Notes: a model not told the origin generated them from the sequence alone. Shown: positions 30,737-41,535, counted from the stretch's first letter. The stretch is 57,932 nucleotides of DNA from Firmicutes bacterium UBA2598 (GCA_002339345.1 DDKM01000049.1:1-57932), one strand, 5' to 3'. Numbers and translations: made by a program.

Positions 30737-32110
30737 CTATTGGTGGGTGTGATTCCCCACCAGTTCACCTACCAAATGGCGGAACAAGTCGCCCCTTTCC
30801 TCGAAATTGTTGAACATATCCCAACTGGCACACGCCGGTGACAACAACACCACATCACCAGGTTCTGCCAGCCGTGCCGCCGTATGGACAGCCCCGGCAA
30901 AGGTATCGCATGGATAAACTGCCTCAAAGCCTATATCCGCCAGGGCCTGCCCAATGGCCTCCCTGGCCTCGCCAACTAACACCACCGCCTTTACTTTCTC
31001 CTTGATTTTGGCCGCAAAGGGGCTGAAGTCACTACCCTTGTTCCGGCCGCCGGCGATCAGCACCAACGGCAAGGTAAAGGCGTCCAGGGCCTTGATGGCA
31101 GCATCGGGGTTGGTAGCTTTGGAATCATTGATGAATTTAACCCCGTTCAGCTCCCCCACCTGTTCCAGCCTGTGGGGCACACCGGGAAAGGTGGCCAAGG
31201 TGTGGGCGATGTTGTCCGGTGCAATCCCCATCACCCAGCTGGCAGCCACCGCCGCCAGAGCATTTTCCAGGTTGTGGGCACCGCGAAGTCGGACATCCGC
31301 CGACCGGCAAATAACTGTATCCCGATCTCCAAGCCGGACGGTAATTTCCCCATCCCGCACAAAAACTCCCTCCGGCAACTGGTTTTCGCGGCTGAAAAAG
31401 AGCACCCGGCCCGGCACCTGATTTGCCAGACTGCGTACCACCGGATCATCGTAATTCAGCACCGCCCAGTCGGAAGACTGCTGCAGGGCAAAAATTCTGG
31501 CCTTGGCCTGGATATAGGCCTCCATGGTTCCATGGCGATCAAGGTGGTCAGGAGTAATATTGAGTATGACGGCCACCTGGGGCCGGAATTGCCGCGTGCA
31601 TTCCAACTGAAAACTGGAAACCTCCACCACAAAGACAGTCCCCGGAACGGCCTGTACAGTTTCCTGGACCAATGGTACACCAATATTGCCAGCCACCACG
31701 GTACGTCGGCCAGCATCTTGGAAAATCTGCCCGGTTAAAGCGGTGGTGGTGGTTTTACCATTGGTGCCGGTGATGGCTACCACCGGTCCCTGGACCCACG
31801 CAAAGGCCAACTCTATTTCGCTCCAGATGGGTATCTCCGCCTCGCGGGCCTGGGCCAGTGGAGGAATATGCAGTGGCACGCCTGGGCTCTGAATTACCAG
31901 ATCGAACCTGTCTCCGCCAACTTCAGGGTAATGTCCCGCAACCACCCGCACCGGTAACCCGGCAAGTTCACCAAGGGGTCCCCCAAGGGCTTCCGCCGGC
32001 TTGATATCGGTGACGGTAACCTCCGCACCCTTTGCGGCCAGAACCTTGGCCGCTGCCACACCGCTTTTACCCAGCCCCACCACCAGCACCCTACACCCAC
32101 GCCAATCCAT
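30737..32110 (-). CDS. murD: UDP-MurNAc-L-Ala--D-glutamate ligase
   Basis: GLGKSG, GTNGKTTT, EVSSFQL, NDSKATN, LSPACAS.D.F..FEERG. Confidence 0.97.
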   Translation of the reverse strand: MDWRGCRVLVVGLGKSGVAAAKVLAAKGAEVTVTDIKPAEALGGPLGELAGLPVRVVAGHYPEVGGDRFDLVIQSPGVPLHIPPLAQAREAEIPIWSEIELAFAWVQGPVVAITGTNGKTTTTALTGQIFQDAGRRTVVAGNIGVPLVQETVQAVPGTVFVVEVSSFQLECTRQFRPQVAVILNITPDHLDRHGTMEAYIQAKARIFALQQSSDWAVLNYDDPVVRSLANQVPGRVLFFSRENQLPEGVFVRDGEITVRLGDRDTVICRSADVRLRGAHNLENALAAVAASWVMGIAPDNIAHTLATFPGVPHRLEQVGELNGVKFINDSKATNPDAAIKALDAFTLPLVLIAGGRNKGSDFSPFAAKIKEKVKAVVLVGEAREAIGQALADIGFEAVYPCDTFAGAVHTAARLAEPGDVVLLSPACASWDMFNNFEERGDLFRHLVGELVGNHTHQ

Positions 32111-32127
32111 GAAACCCGTTACCCTCC

Positions 32128-33111
32128 TCACATAGTCTGGGCTACCCATAAACCGGCTACGGCAAGGGCCAGCCCCCACATCCAAAACACCCTAACTACC
32201 TTGGTTTCCCTCCATCCCACCAATTCAAAATGGTGATGGAGAGGACTCATCCGGAAAATACGCTTTCCGGTAAGCCGGAAGAAAAGTACCTGCAGGATAA
32301 CCGACAGGGCTTCCACAACAAAAACCCCACCAGCCACCAAAAGAATAATTTCCCTTTCCATCAAAACGGCAATGGCGCCCAAGGCGGCACCCAAAGCCAG
32401 GGAACCGGTATCACCCATAAACACCCTGGCCGGATACTTGTTATAATATAAAAACCCAAGGCACCCGCCAACCACCGCAATGGCCAGAAGTCCTAACCCG
32501 GTCTGGCCAGCCAGCCAAGCCGCACCCGCCAGGCTCAATGCAGACAGTGCCGCCAGTCCGCCAGCGAGGCCATCCAACCCATCGGTAAGATTAACCGCAT
32601 TGGAGATGAACATCATCAGCAGGATGGTGAAGGGGTAAAAGAACCATCCCAACTGGGTCTCCCCCAAGCCAAAGGGAAGCGCGATGGTGGTGGTTCGTCC
32701 TCCTAAAGCCACCGCCCCGAAGGCCAAGGCCAAGCCCAGGATCAGTTGGGCTAACAACTTGGATCTGGCCTTTAAACCCAGGGGACGCCGAAGGGCAACC
32801 TTTAGATAGTCATCGGCAAATCCTACGATACCGTGGGCCATGGCAATTACCAGGGCTACCCACACCACCGGCTCAACTTCGGACCGGAGAATGGTTGCGA
32901 TTAGTATCGCAGCCAGGAAAATCAAGCCCCCCATGGTCGGTGTACCTGATTTGGTAAGATGGCGCTGAGGGCCATCGGAACGAACGGATTGGCCGAATTT
33001 TAACCTTTTAAGAACAGGGATAAAAACAGAACCCAGACCAATGGCGATGCCGAAGGCTACACCCAAGGTTATCAACACTTCTTTCAAAAACACGACGCCC
33101 CCCAACTCCAC
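32128..33111 (-). CDS. mraY: Phospho-N-acetylmuramoyl-pentapeptide transferase (start may be 33093)
   Basis: KSGTPTMGG, NAVNLTDGLDGL, FMGDTGS, PLHHHFE. Confidence 0.97.
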   Translation of the reverse strand: MELGGVVFLKEVLITLGVAFGIAIGLGSVFIPVLKRLKFGQSVRSDGPQRHLTKSGTPTMGGLIFLAAILIATILRSEVEPVVWVALVIAMAHGIVGFADDYLKVALRRPLGLKARSKLLAQLILGLALAFGAVALGGRTTTIALPFGLGETQLGWFFYPFTILLMMFISNAVNLTDGLDGLAGGLAALSALSLAGAAWLAGQTGLGLLAIAVVGGCLGFLYYNKYPARVFMGDTGSLALGAALGAIAVLMEREIILLVAGGVFVVEALSVILQVLFFRLTGKRIFRMSPLHHHFELVGWRETKVVRVFWMWGLALAVAGLWVAQTM

Positions 33112-33163
33112 CGAAATAGGTTTCCCTACCTGTCCCCCAGAATGCCAAATTTATGTATCCCCG

Positions 33164-34543
33164 TCAAGACCGGGAATCCGCCTCCGCCAGCGCATCTGCT
33201 ATTCTTTCCAGCTGCATGCCTCGCGAGGCCTTGATTAAAACCACATCACCAGGTTGCAACACCCTTTCCAGGCCGGCAATGGTCTCTTCGGCCGAACAGG
33301 TATAAAAGATGTTTTCCGCCGGCATGCCGGCGGCTTGGGCACCCCGGCCAATCTCCACAGCCCGGCGGCCCACTGCAAACAACAGGTCAACACCCGCCCC
33401 TGTTGCCGCCGCCCCAACCTCACGGTGACCCGCAACTTCCATTTCCCCCAATTCCAACATATCCCCCAGCACCGCCACCCGCCGCCGGCCGGTAAAGTTG
33501 GCCAACACCTCAAGGGAAGCTTTCATGGAAGACGGGCTGGCATTATAGGCATCATTGATGATCAGGCAGCCCCTCCTGCCTGGTCGATGTTCCAACCGCA
33601 TGGGGGACAGCCGTACCCCGGTTAGGGCAGCAGCCGCCCGCCCCATGTCACATCCCAGGACAAACCCCACCCCTAGGGCTGCGAGGGCATTCAGGACGTT
33701 GTGCACTCCCGGTACCGGCAACTGAACAGGAAATGCCATGCCATGGACAACGGCGGTAAAATGAATCCCCCGCTGACCCTGGGGTTGCAGATTCAGTGCC
33801 CGGATGTCCGCCTCTCCCCGCAGGCCAAAATACCATACCTTTCCCCGGCACCGCACCGCCTGTTCCCGGCATCTTGGATCATCGCCATTGACAACGGCAA
33901 CACCCCCGGTTGGAATGGCCTCCAGCAATTCCCCTTTGGCGGAGGCGATATTCTCCACGGAACCCAGCAGCTCCAAATGGCTTGTGCCGATGTTAGTCAG
34001 AACGCCAACCACCGGCTGAGCTATCTCACACAACCGGGCGATTTGCCCCATCCCCCGCATACCCATTTCCAATACCAGGGCAGTGCAATTGTCTGGCATG
34101 CTTAAAATGGTCAGGGGCAGGCCGATCTCGTTGTTGTAATTGCCAACTGACCGGTGTACCATCTCTTTGGTGGAAATCACCGCAGCCACCATGTCCTTGG
34201 TGGTGGTTTTGCCATTGGAACCAGTGATCCCAATGACCGTTCCCTTGAACTGACGACGCTTCCACCCTGCAAGTTCCTGCAGGGCAACCAGGGGATCCTG
34301 GACCTGAACCACCGCTCCCGGCAGAGCCTCCACCGGCGGGCGGCTCACCACAACCCCAGCCGCTCCCCCCGCCATGGCTTGCTTGACAAAGGCATGACCG
34401 TCGGTTTTGGCGCCGGGCAAAGCAAAAAAGAGATCGCCCGCCTGCAGGGACCTGGAATCGATGGAAACGCCCCCTACCCTGATGTTGTCATCTCCTTGCA
34501 GAAGGCGCCCGCCGGTGGCGGCACACACCTCACCGATGTTCAT
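33164..34543 (-). CDS. murF: UDP-MurNAc-tripeptide--D-Ala-D-Ala ligase
   Basis: IDSR, GSNGKTTTK, NNEIGLP, NDAYNASP, GDMLELG, KASRG. Confidence 0.96.
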   Translation of the reverse strand: MNIGEVCAATGGRLLQGDDNIRVGGVSIDSRSLQAGDLFFALPGAKTDGHAFVKQAMAGGAAGVVVSRPPVEALPGAVVQVQDPLVALQELAGWKRRQFKGTVIGITGSNGKTTTKDMVAAVISTKEMVHRSVGNYNNEIGLPLTILSMPDNCTALVLEMGMRGMGQIARLCEIAQPVVGVLTNIGTSHLELLGSVENIASAKGELLEAIPTGGVAVVNGDDPRCREQAVRCRGKVWYFGLRGEADIRALNLQPQGQRGIHFTAVVHGMAFPVQLPVPGVHNVLNALAALGVGFVLGCDMGRAAAALTGVRLSPMRLEHRPGRRGCLIINDAYNASPSSMKASLEVLANFTGRRRVAVLGDMLELGEMEVAGHREVGAAATGAGVDLLFAVGRRAVEIGRGAQAAGMPAENIFYTCSAEETIAGLERVLQPGDVVLIKASRGMQLERIADALAEADSRS

Positions 34544-36035
34544 CCACTTTTCCCTCCTGCCCGCAAAGTATGGATCTGACCACCTGGCGATCATCGAAGG
34601 GCAACACCCTGTCCTTGATGATCTGGTAATCCTCATGACCCTTGCCGGCAATCAACACCAGGTCACCAGGACCGGCAATTCCTATGGCCAGCGCAATGGC
34701 CTGGCAGCGATCCACCTCCACACGGTAGTTGCCCTGGCCCCTGATTACCCCCGGTTCAATATCCCCGATAATGGCCAGGGGGTCCTCATTGCGGGGATTG
34801 TCCGATGTAATTACACAAATATCGCTCAGGCGGGCAGCCACTTCACCCATCAGGGGGCGTTTGGCCCGATCCCGGTCACCGCCGCAGCCGAAAACGGTAA
34901 TGACCCGACCGGGTGTGATTTCACGCGCAGTAGTCAGGACGTTGTGCAACCCATCGGGAGTATGGGCATAATCCACCACCACCCCAAAGGGCTGTCCGCA
35001 ATCAACCATCTCAAAACGGCCAGGCACGCCACCCACATCCATTAAAGCCCGGGCTGCCACTGCCGGGTCCATGCCTTCCTGCATGGCCACCCCGAAGGCA
35101 GCCAAGGAGTTATAGACATTAAACCGGCCGGCCAGTCTGAGGTCGAGGCGCAACTGCTCTCCCTTTCCCCACTGAACTGTAAAGGATACCCCGGTGGGCT
35201 TGATGTGCACTTCCCTGGCGGAATAAGTAAAATCCCCCTCAATCCCAAAAGTTTGGCAGGGAACTGTACATGCTGCCATCAAAGGCTGGCTGTAGCTATC
35301 GTCACCGTTCACCAGGCCGTATTTCGGACCGGTTTTTTGCCCACCAGACAGCTTTTGAAACAACTTGGCCTTGGCAGCAAAGTACCTGTCCATGGTCAAG
35401 TGAAAATCCAAATGATCCTGGGTAAGGTTGGTGAACACCCCCACATCAAATTCGCATCCCGTTAACCGGTGCAGTTCCAGGGCATGGGAGGAAGCCTCCA
35501 TCACCACATATCCGGCCCCTGCCCCGCGCATTTTGGCCAGCAGTTCCTGCAAATCCAATGACTCAGGAGTGGTATGGGTGGTCGGGATGGTTTGGCCGAC
35601 CACCCGGTTGCCGATGGTACCGATCAAACCAACCCGGTGTCCGGCTGTACGCAAAATCCCCTCGATCAGGTGGGTGGTGGTGGTCTTGCCATTGGTACCG
35701 GTAACCCCGATTACCCTCATGTGGTGGGACGGCTGTTCATACCATCCCGCCGCTAAAAGGCCCAATACTGCTCTGGCATCCTTCACCAGCAGACCGGGAA
35801 CTCCCGCCGGAATAGCCTCCGCCTTTTCCGCCACCACCCCAGCCGCTCCCTTGGCCAAGGCCTCGGGAATAAAATCATGTCCGTCTGCCCGCTGTCCCGG
35901 CATGGCCACAAAAAGGTTGCCAGGCATCACCTTTCTGGAATCATAGGCAATCCCTGTAATGGTTACCGTACCGTCTCCCACCACGGTGGTTTCCGGCAGC
36001 ATTTCCGCTAACTGTGTGATACTCTTACCCTGCAC
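34530..36035 (-). CDS. murE: UDP-MurNAc-dipeptide--meso-DAP ligase
   Basis: GTNGKTTT, TTPES, DYAHTPDG, DNPR (DAP-type specificity motif), AGKGHE. Confidence 0.97.
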   Translation of the reverse strand: MQGKSITQLAEMLPETTVVGDGTVTITGIAYDSRKVMPGNLFVAMPGQRADGHDFIPEALAKGAAGVVAEKAEAIPAGVPGLLVKDARAVLGLLAAGWYEQPSHHMRVIGVTGTNGKTTTTHLIEGILRTAGHRVGLIGTIGNRVVGQTIPTTHTTPESLDLQELLAKMRGAGAGYVVMEASSHALELHRLTGCEFDVGVFTNLTQDHLDFHLTMDRYFAAKAKLFQKLSGGQKTGPKYGLVNGDDSYSQPLMAACTVPCQTFGIEGDFTYSAREVHIKPTGVSFTVQWGKGEQLRLDLRLAGRFNVYNSLAAFGVAMQEGMDPAVAARALMDVGGVPGRFEMVDCGQPFGVVVDYAHTPDGLHNVLTTAREITPGRVITVFGCGGDRDRAKRPLMGEVAARLSDICVITSDNPRNEDPLAIIGDIEPGVIRGQGNYRVEVDRCQAIALAIGIAGPGDLVLIAGKGHEDYQIIKDRVLPFDDRQVVRSILCGQEGKVDEHR

Positions 36036-36190
36036 ATGATCACCAGCATTTCTGTTTTATAATTCTTTCCATATGGCTATTATTGACGTGATATCTTTTA
36101 TTTTAGACCCAACAGTAATGGAAGGCAACGAAAAACCCAGAGGGATCAAAGGCCTGCAGGCCATCGGCTCCCTTCTGGGTCAAACACTTG

Positions 36191-38329
36191 CTATGGACTA
36201 ATGGCCTCCGCCATGGCACCATCCCCAAACAGTACTCTTACCGTTGTACCTACCTTCACCACCGTCCCCGGCACCGGGTCCTGCTCCCATGCCTCGCCGG
36301 TTCCATCCGAAGACATCTTCAGTCCCAGTGCCTCCATGATGGTTGCTACTTCACGGGTTCGCCAGCCGGTTAGGTCGGGTACCACAACTTCGCCGCTGGG
36401 TTGCCCTTCCTTAGCGTATAACAATATCTGGGTTCCCATTTGGACCCGCACACCAGGTTTGGGAATCTGATCCGCCACAACTGTGCCTATTCCCTGTACA
36501 ACGGGAGACAATCCACTCGCTTTGATGACAGCCTGGGCCTTGACTACCGCCTGTTGGCTGACATCCGGCACCAAAACTTCCTTGACCCGATTATTGTCGC
36601 GATCAGGTTTTACCTCACTGTTATACTGGGCTGGAACGCCTAAATACCGCAGGCTGTCCTCCAAGATCCTTTTAAAGATTGGCGCTGCTACTGTCCCACC
36701 ATAATAAATCCCTTGTGGTTCATCCACCACCACCAGAATGGCCAACCGCGGATCATTGACCGGGGCATAACCGGCAAAGGAGGCCACGTACTTACCAGCA
36801 ACGTATTTTCCACCTTCCACCTTTTGGGCAGTACCGGTCTTACCGCCCACCCGGTATCCTGGGATGTAAGCCCTGGTCCCGGTACCCCGGCTTACCACCA
36901 TCTCCAATATTTCACTCACCTGACGTGCCGTATCCTTGGAGACCACCTGCCGAACCGGCGCGGGATCAATTCTTTGTACCACCTGACCGTTATGGTCCCT
37001 GACTTCCCTGACCAACCTGGGTTGGAACAGCTGACCGCCGTTGGCCACTGCCGAAATGGCTGTAATCAGCTGGATGGGTGTGACTGCCACCCCCTGTCCA
37101 ATGGAAATGGTGGCCAAATTGATCTGTTTTAGTTTATCCCTGGGGCGAAGCAATCCCTTGGCTTCCCCATTGATATCAATCCCGGTAACTTTACCGAAAC
37201 CGAAGCCTTCAATATAATCGTAAAAAGACCCCTTGCGGCGATCTTCCATCCGTAATCCAACGGTTACGAACACCGGGTTGCAGGAGTTTTGCACCGCCTC
37301 CACAAAACTCTGGCTGCCATGGGGTCTACCGGTACGCCAGCACTTGATGGTTTCCTTGCCCACTTTGATGTAGCCGGGATCATAAAATCGCTCGTTTAGC
37401 CCCACCACCCCTTCTTCCAGTGCCGCGGCAGCGGTAATAATCTTGAAGGTTGATCCGGGTTCATAGTTATCTGACACGGCGATGTTCCGACGGTTGGCAA
37501 CTGGGAAATTCCTGAAGTTATTGGGATCAAAGGTGGGACGGTTGGCCAGGGCCAAAATATCCCCGGTTTTGGGGTCCATCACAATGACCGTTGCCCCTTT
37601 GGGGCTGGACGGCCCCTGCATTAAAAGGTCCAGTTCCCTTTCCGCAATATACTGGATGGTTTCATCGATAGTCAACACCAGGGAAAGTCCATCCTCGGGC
37701 GGGATGTACCCCTGCCTGGCATGGGGAATATCCCGGCCCCGGGCATCCTTTTCAATCACCAAATTGCCCGGTGTACCCCGCAGCAATTTATCATAGTACA
37801 GCTCCAGTCCCTCCAAGCCCTGGTTATCAATGCCGGCAATTCCCAATACGTGGGCCGCCAGGGTCTGGTTGGGGTAAAAACGCTGGGTCTCCTCCACCAC
37901 CTGTACCCCGGGCAAGCGAAGGGATTTGATCTGCGCACCCTGTTCGAAGGTTACTTTACGCTTGACCCACCAAAAGGACTCATTACGGGTGATGTTACGC
38001 AGCACCTGATCCTCCGGTAACCCCAGGATGGCAGCCAGTTGGGCGGCGATTTCATGCTCCTGCCGGGATTTTTTAACCTCTGCCGGAAACACACCGACGG
38101 ATGGTGCGCTCACACTGACAGCCAGTTCCCGCCCATTACGGTCCAGGATGGCCCCGCGCTTGGCCTCCAACGGCACCTCCCGCATCCGGTTGCGCAGTGC
38201 CTGTTGCTGGTATTCATCTCCCCGGACAAACTGTATCCAAGCCAGCCGCATGTTGAGGGCCAGGAGTATGGCGGCCATTGCCAGAAGAATAAAGGTGATC
38301 CGCTTTTTCACCTCAACCTTTGCCTGCAT
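36191..38329 (-). CDS. spoVD: Class B penicillin-binding protein SpoVD/FtsI with two PASTA domains
   Basis: RG.ILDRNG, EPGSTFK (SxxK), SCN, KTGTAQ; CW...C pair typical of SpoVD. Confidence 0.9.
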   Translation of the reverse strand: MQAKVEVKKRITFILLAMAAILLALNMRLAWIQFVRGDEYQQQALRNRMREVPLEAKRGAILDRNGRELAVSVSAPSVGVFPAEVKKSRQEHEIAAQLAAILGLPEDQVLRNITRNESFWWVKRKVTFEQGAQIKSLRLPGVQVVEETQRFYPNQTLAAHVLGIAGIDNQGLEGLELYYDKLLRGTPGNLVIEKDARGRDIPHARQGYIPPEDGLSLVLTIDETIQYIAERELDLLMQGPSSPKGATVIVMDPKTGDILALANRPTFDPNNFRNFPVANRRNIAVSDNYEPGSTFKIITAAAALEEGVVGLNERFYDPGYIKVGKETIKCWRTGRPHGSQSFVEAVQNSCNPVFVTVGLRMEDRRKGSFYDYIEGFGFGKVTGIDINGEAKGLLRPRDKLKQINLATISIGQGVAVTPIQLITAISAVANGGQLFQPRLVREVRDHNGQVVQRIDPAPVRQVVSKDTARQVSEILEMVVSRGTGTRAYIPGYRVGGKTGTAQKVEGGKYVAGKYVASFAGYAPVNDPRLAILVVVDEPQGIYYGGTVAAPIFKRILEDSLRYLGVPAQYNSEVKPDRDNNRVKEVLVPDVSQQAVVKAQAVIKASGLSPVVQGIGTVVADQIPKPGVRVQMGTQILLYAKEGQPSGEVVVPDLTGWRTREVATIMEALGLKMSSDGTGEAWEQDPVPGTVVKVGTTVRVLFGDGAMAEAISP

Positions 38330-38349
38330 GAGGTTCCCACCTTGTTTTT

Positions 38350-38883
38350 CTATAGCTCGGAAGCCGCCACCTGCCCCCCGCTCCGCCGCCCCAGGGCAAA
38401 GCCCAAAACCTTCAGGCCGGCCTGCCGCTCCCCGTTCACCGGTGGAGATGCTTCCGCCGCCTGTAGCATCATTGGCTGCCGTAGGGGAACAATTTCCATG
38501 TCGCTGAGCCGCGGCTTCTGCATGCCCAGCTCAGTGAAGGCAATGTTTTCAATCCGTTTGAGGGATCTCAGTTCGGCGATTTCCAGGGATAGCTGTCCGT
38601 TTTTTCTCTCCAGTGCGACAACTTCCCCTTTCAGTTGATTCAAGTAGTAACCCTTAGACACCACCCGGACTGCCTGGGCCACGATTAGGAACCCGGCAAA
38701 GAAGAACAGACCGACCAGCACCAGCGCAATAGCCTTTTCCGCATCGGCCGTTACCGAGCCTTGCCGCCGCCGGTTTCCCTCCACCGGCAGGGTTTGCCCC
38801 GGGCTAAGGGCGAGATTGCCGTGGGTGCTGGCCGGTTTTAACGGTGGGTATGGAAAGTTGTCTTTTTTTTTGGCCATTAACAC
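38350..38883 (-). CDS. ftsL: FtsL-like septum formation initiator
   Basis: One TM then coiled coil ending RIE.IA..LGM..P; position between rsmH and spoVD. Confidence 0.75.
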   Translation of the reverse strand: MLMAKKKDNFPYPPLKPASTHGNLALSPGQTLPVEGNRRRQGSVTADAEKAIALVLVGLFFFAGFLIVAQAVRVVSKGYYLNQLKGEVVALERKNGQLSLEIAELRSLKRIENIAFTELGMQKPRLSDMEIVPLRQPMMLQAAEASPPVNGERQAGLKVLGFALGRRSGGQVAASEL

Positions 38884-38905
38884 GGTTATTCAGCCTCCCG
38901 TTTTT

Positions 38906-39856
38906 TTAGAACCCGAATACCCTTTCCGCTATACGCAACTTGGCACTGCGGGCCCGTGGGTTGTTTTCGATTTCCTCCCTGGATGGCAACACCGGTTTCG
39001 AGGTTACTACCCTGATGAGACAAACGGGGGAACAAACACACTGGGGAAAGTCGGCTGGACAGGTACAATGGCCTGCCATGGAACGGAAGGTCTGTTTGAT
39101 TAAACGGTCTTCCAATGAATGAAAGGAAATCACACAGATTCTTCCACCAGGCCTGGTGTGTTTCACCGCCTGCCGGAGTCCCCGCTCCAAACTGCCCAGT
39201 TCGTCGTTAATTGCTATACGCAAGGCCTGGAATGTCCGGCGCGCCGGGTGCGGACCTTCCCTCCTGGCCCCAGCCGGAACTGCGGCCTTAATTACCTCCA
39301 CCAGTTGGCCGGTGGTGGTAATGGGATGCTTGGCGCGTTGCTCCACGATAAACCGGGCAATCCGGTCAGCCCATCGCTCTTCTCCCAACTGCCAGATGAT
39401 TTTACTTAGCTGCCTGTGGTCCAGATTATTTACCAGATCCGCCGCAGTGGTGGAAATCCGCCTGTCCATCCGCATATCCAACGGAGCGTCCTGGTGATAG
39501 CTAAATCCCCTTTCCCCTGTATCCAACTGGTGGGAAGAAACCCCCAAATCAAAAAGCACACCGTCCACGCCGTCCACGCCGGCCTGGGATAGGAATTCAG
39601 TCAAGCAATCATAATTGCCATGAAAAAACATGGTGGAGGACACCCAATTGTCATTATCGGCAATGGCCGCTTGGATTGCCGCTTCATCCCGGTCCACGCC
39701 GATCAGCAACCCCCCGGGACCTATGGCCCGGCTGATAGCCCGGCTGTGCCCTCCTCCACCCAGGGTACAGTCCACGTAGGTTCCGCCTGGCCGTAAGGCC
39801 AATCCGGCCAGGCATTCCTCCAGCATTACAGGTATATGGTGAAACACATGTATCAC
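38906..39856 (-). CDS. rsmH: 16S rRNA m4C1402 methyltransferase
   Basis: HIPVM, DCTLGGGGHS, DLGVSS.QLD, FHSLEDR, NPRARSAKLR. Confidence 0.98.
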   Translation of the reverse strand: MIHVFHHIPVMLEECLAGLALRPGGTYVDCTLGGGGHSRAISRAIGPGGLLIGVDRDEAAIQAAIADNDNWVSSTMFFHGNYDCLTEFLSQAGVDGVDGVLFDLGVSSHQLDTGERGFSYHQDAPLDMRMDRRISTTAADLVNNLDHRQLSKIIWQLGEERWADRIARFIVEQRAKHPITTTGQLVEVIKAAVPAGARREGPHPARRTFQALRIAINDELGSLERGLRQAVKHTRPGGRICVISFHSLEDRLIKQTFRSMAGHCTCPADFPQCVCSPVCLIRVVTSKPVLPSREEIENNPRARSAKLRIAERVFGF

Positions 39857-39868
39857 CCTTTAACCGCC

Positions 39869-40300
39869 TCAGATCCCCAGGTTGGCAATCTTCTCCGCCA
39901 AACCGGCAGTATCCATTTGGGTGTCCAGGCTGTAACGTTCCCAGCCCTCCCTGCTCCAAACTTCCAGCCTGGTACCCACGCCGATGATCACGACATCCTT
40001 CTCCAAACGGGCGTAATCCCGCAGGTTTGCCGGCACTAGTATTCTCCCCTGCCGATCCACCTCACATTCCGTGGCGCCGGAAAGAAAGAACCGGACGAAA
40101 GCCCTGGCATCGGCATTGGTAAAGGGCAGGGCGGCCAGCTTGGCCTCCACACCCCTCCATTCATCCATGGGGTAACCAAATAGGCAGTTTTCCAACCCCT
40201 TGGTGATGACAAATCGTTCCCCAAGTGCCTCCCTAAACCGGGAAGGAACAATGAGCCGCCCCTTTTCATCGATGGAGTGATGAAATTCCCCCATAAACAT
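39869..40300 (-). CDS. mraZ: Transcriptional regulator MraZ
   Basis: DEKGRL..P..FR and D.QGRI..P repeats. Confidence 0.98.
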   Translation of the reverse strand: MFMGEFHHSIDEKGRLIVPSRFREALGERFVITKGLENCLFGYPMDEWRGVEAKLAALPFTNADARAFVRFFLSGATECEVDRQGRILVPANLRDYARLEKDVVIIGVGTRLEVWSREGWERYSLDTQMDTAGLAEKIANLGI

Positions 40301-40323
40301 GCCGGCTCACCCCACTAGGTTAG

Positions 40324-40356
40324 CACTTTCCTCCACTTTACACCACTTTCCACCAC
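40324..40356 (-). promoter_or_regulatory. MraZ-binding direct repeats
   Basis: GTGGTG-GAAA-GTGGTG-TAAA-GTGGAG-GAAA-GTG with 10-nt period directly upstream of mraZ. Confidence 0.85.
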
Positions 40357-40360
40357 ATAA

Positions 40361-40387
40361 ATTCTCCATCCCTCCACCCTTTCCTGC
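40361..40387 (-). promoter_or_regulatory. SigH-type promoter of the dcw cluster
   Basis: GCAGGA-17 nt-GAAT immediately upstream of the MraZ boxes. Confidence 0.6.
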
Positions 40388-40426
40388 TAGCAAAGGATAA
40401 ATCAGCCTTTTTTTTTTGCACAAAAT

Positions 40427-40454
40427 AAAAAACCCCGGTCTAAACCGCGGTTCC
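40427..40454 (-). terminator. Terminator after the PHP-domain gene
   Basis: AACCGCGGT...ACCGGGGTT hairpin followed by TTTTATTTT. Confidence 0.6.
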
Positions 40455-40483
40455 ACATATTATTAATTCAAATACAATGACCC

Positions 40484-41530
40484 CTAGGAAAGATAAACGG
40501 GATTGCTGTAAATCCAGGCATACCGGCGGCCAAGGTGCCGCCGGTATGCCTCCAGGCGGTAAACACCGGGCCCATCCGCCGTGAATTCCGCCCTGAGACC
40601 GTGCTGCACAGCCACCGGCCGGCCATCCCGGATTAGCACCATTTCCGCTCGGAAGGGCACCTCCGCCCACAATGGAACCGTCTCTCCGGCCCATGATAGG
40701 GTACTTCCCATTGGCACAAAACCGCCTCTGGTATTGGCCCCAAAGCGGAATCCCCTGGCCCAGCGGTAATAGTCAAATGCCACAAAGCACCTGCCCTGGC
40801 GCAGGGCGGATAACACCGCCGCCTTATCCGCCGGAAGGTTTCCGGTCAGCGGACACTCTGTTAAAAGGTGGGTGTTGACACAGCGGAAAAGAAACCGGTA
40901 CGGGAAAATCACCGGCCGGAAAGGACCGTAGTGGACGATAAAGGCATGGGCATCTGAACCACCGATGGCCACCACCGGTCTTTTCTGGCATTCCTCGTCC
41001 CACCGAGCTACAGCCTCTGGCGACGCCCCCCTGACTGGAGCATTGGGGTGGACATAAGCCTGGTAAAAGGCACGGGGCACGGAGGTGATACTGTCCCGCC
41101 ACTGGGAACCATAGTCCCAGATGCTGATTCCCTGGTATCCGGTGACCGTCCAGTCATACCAGTTATACACCTTGCCGCCTTCCACAAGGGGGGTACCCCG
41201 TTCAAAGGGATGGGTGATGAAACCGATCCCCCCCTGCCCATTCACCGCATCAATCACCTGCTGGGGGTCTGCTTCGTTGTCCGGCACTCTTTCCGTTACA
41301 CCAAAGGAAATATAGTGGTGGCTGGCGTCGTTGCTTTCTGTGCCAACAATGACCAGCACCCGGCCATACCACCCCTCCTCCCCTTTTTCCAGGGCTATCA
41401 GGTGCCGGTGATCGGTTATACCCACAATATCTATACCGGCCCCAGCGGCAGCTTCCGCGATCTCCGGAATAGTGCCGGACCCATCGGAATAAACGGAATG
41501 AACATGCAGGTTGGCGATGTATTCATACAT
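40484..41530 (-). CDS. PHP-domain metallohydrolase (CehA/McbA-like)
   Basis: NLHVHSVYSDG, ITDH, THP, GGSDAH, C-terminal SNP; start at ATG 41530. Confidence 0.85.
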   Translation of the reverse strand: MYEYIANLHVHSVYSDGSGTIPEIAEAAAGAGIDIVGITDHRHLIALEKGEEGWYGRVLVIVGTESNDASHHYISFGVTERVPDNEADPQQVIDAVNGQGGIGFITHPFERGTPLVEGGKVYNWYDWTVTGYQGISIWDYGSQWRDSITSVPRAFYQAYVHPNAPVRGASPEAVARWDEECQKRPVVAIGGSDAHAFIVHYGPFRPVIFPYRFLFRCVNTHLLTECPLTGNLPADKAAVLSALRQGRCFVAFDYYRWARGFRFGANTRGGFVPMGSTLSWAGETVPLWAEVPFRAEMVLIRDGRPVAVQHGLRAEFTADGPGVYRLEAYRRHLGRRYAWIYSNPVYLS

Positions 41531-41535
41531 ACCCC

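Noticed and set aside
40324-40356. 10-nt periodic repeat as a novel element
   Set aside because: Explained by the known MraZ operator repeats upstream of mraZ.
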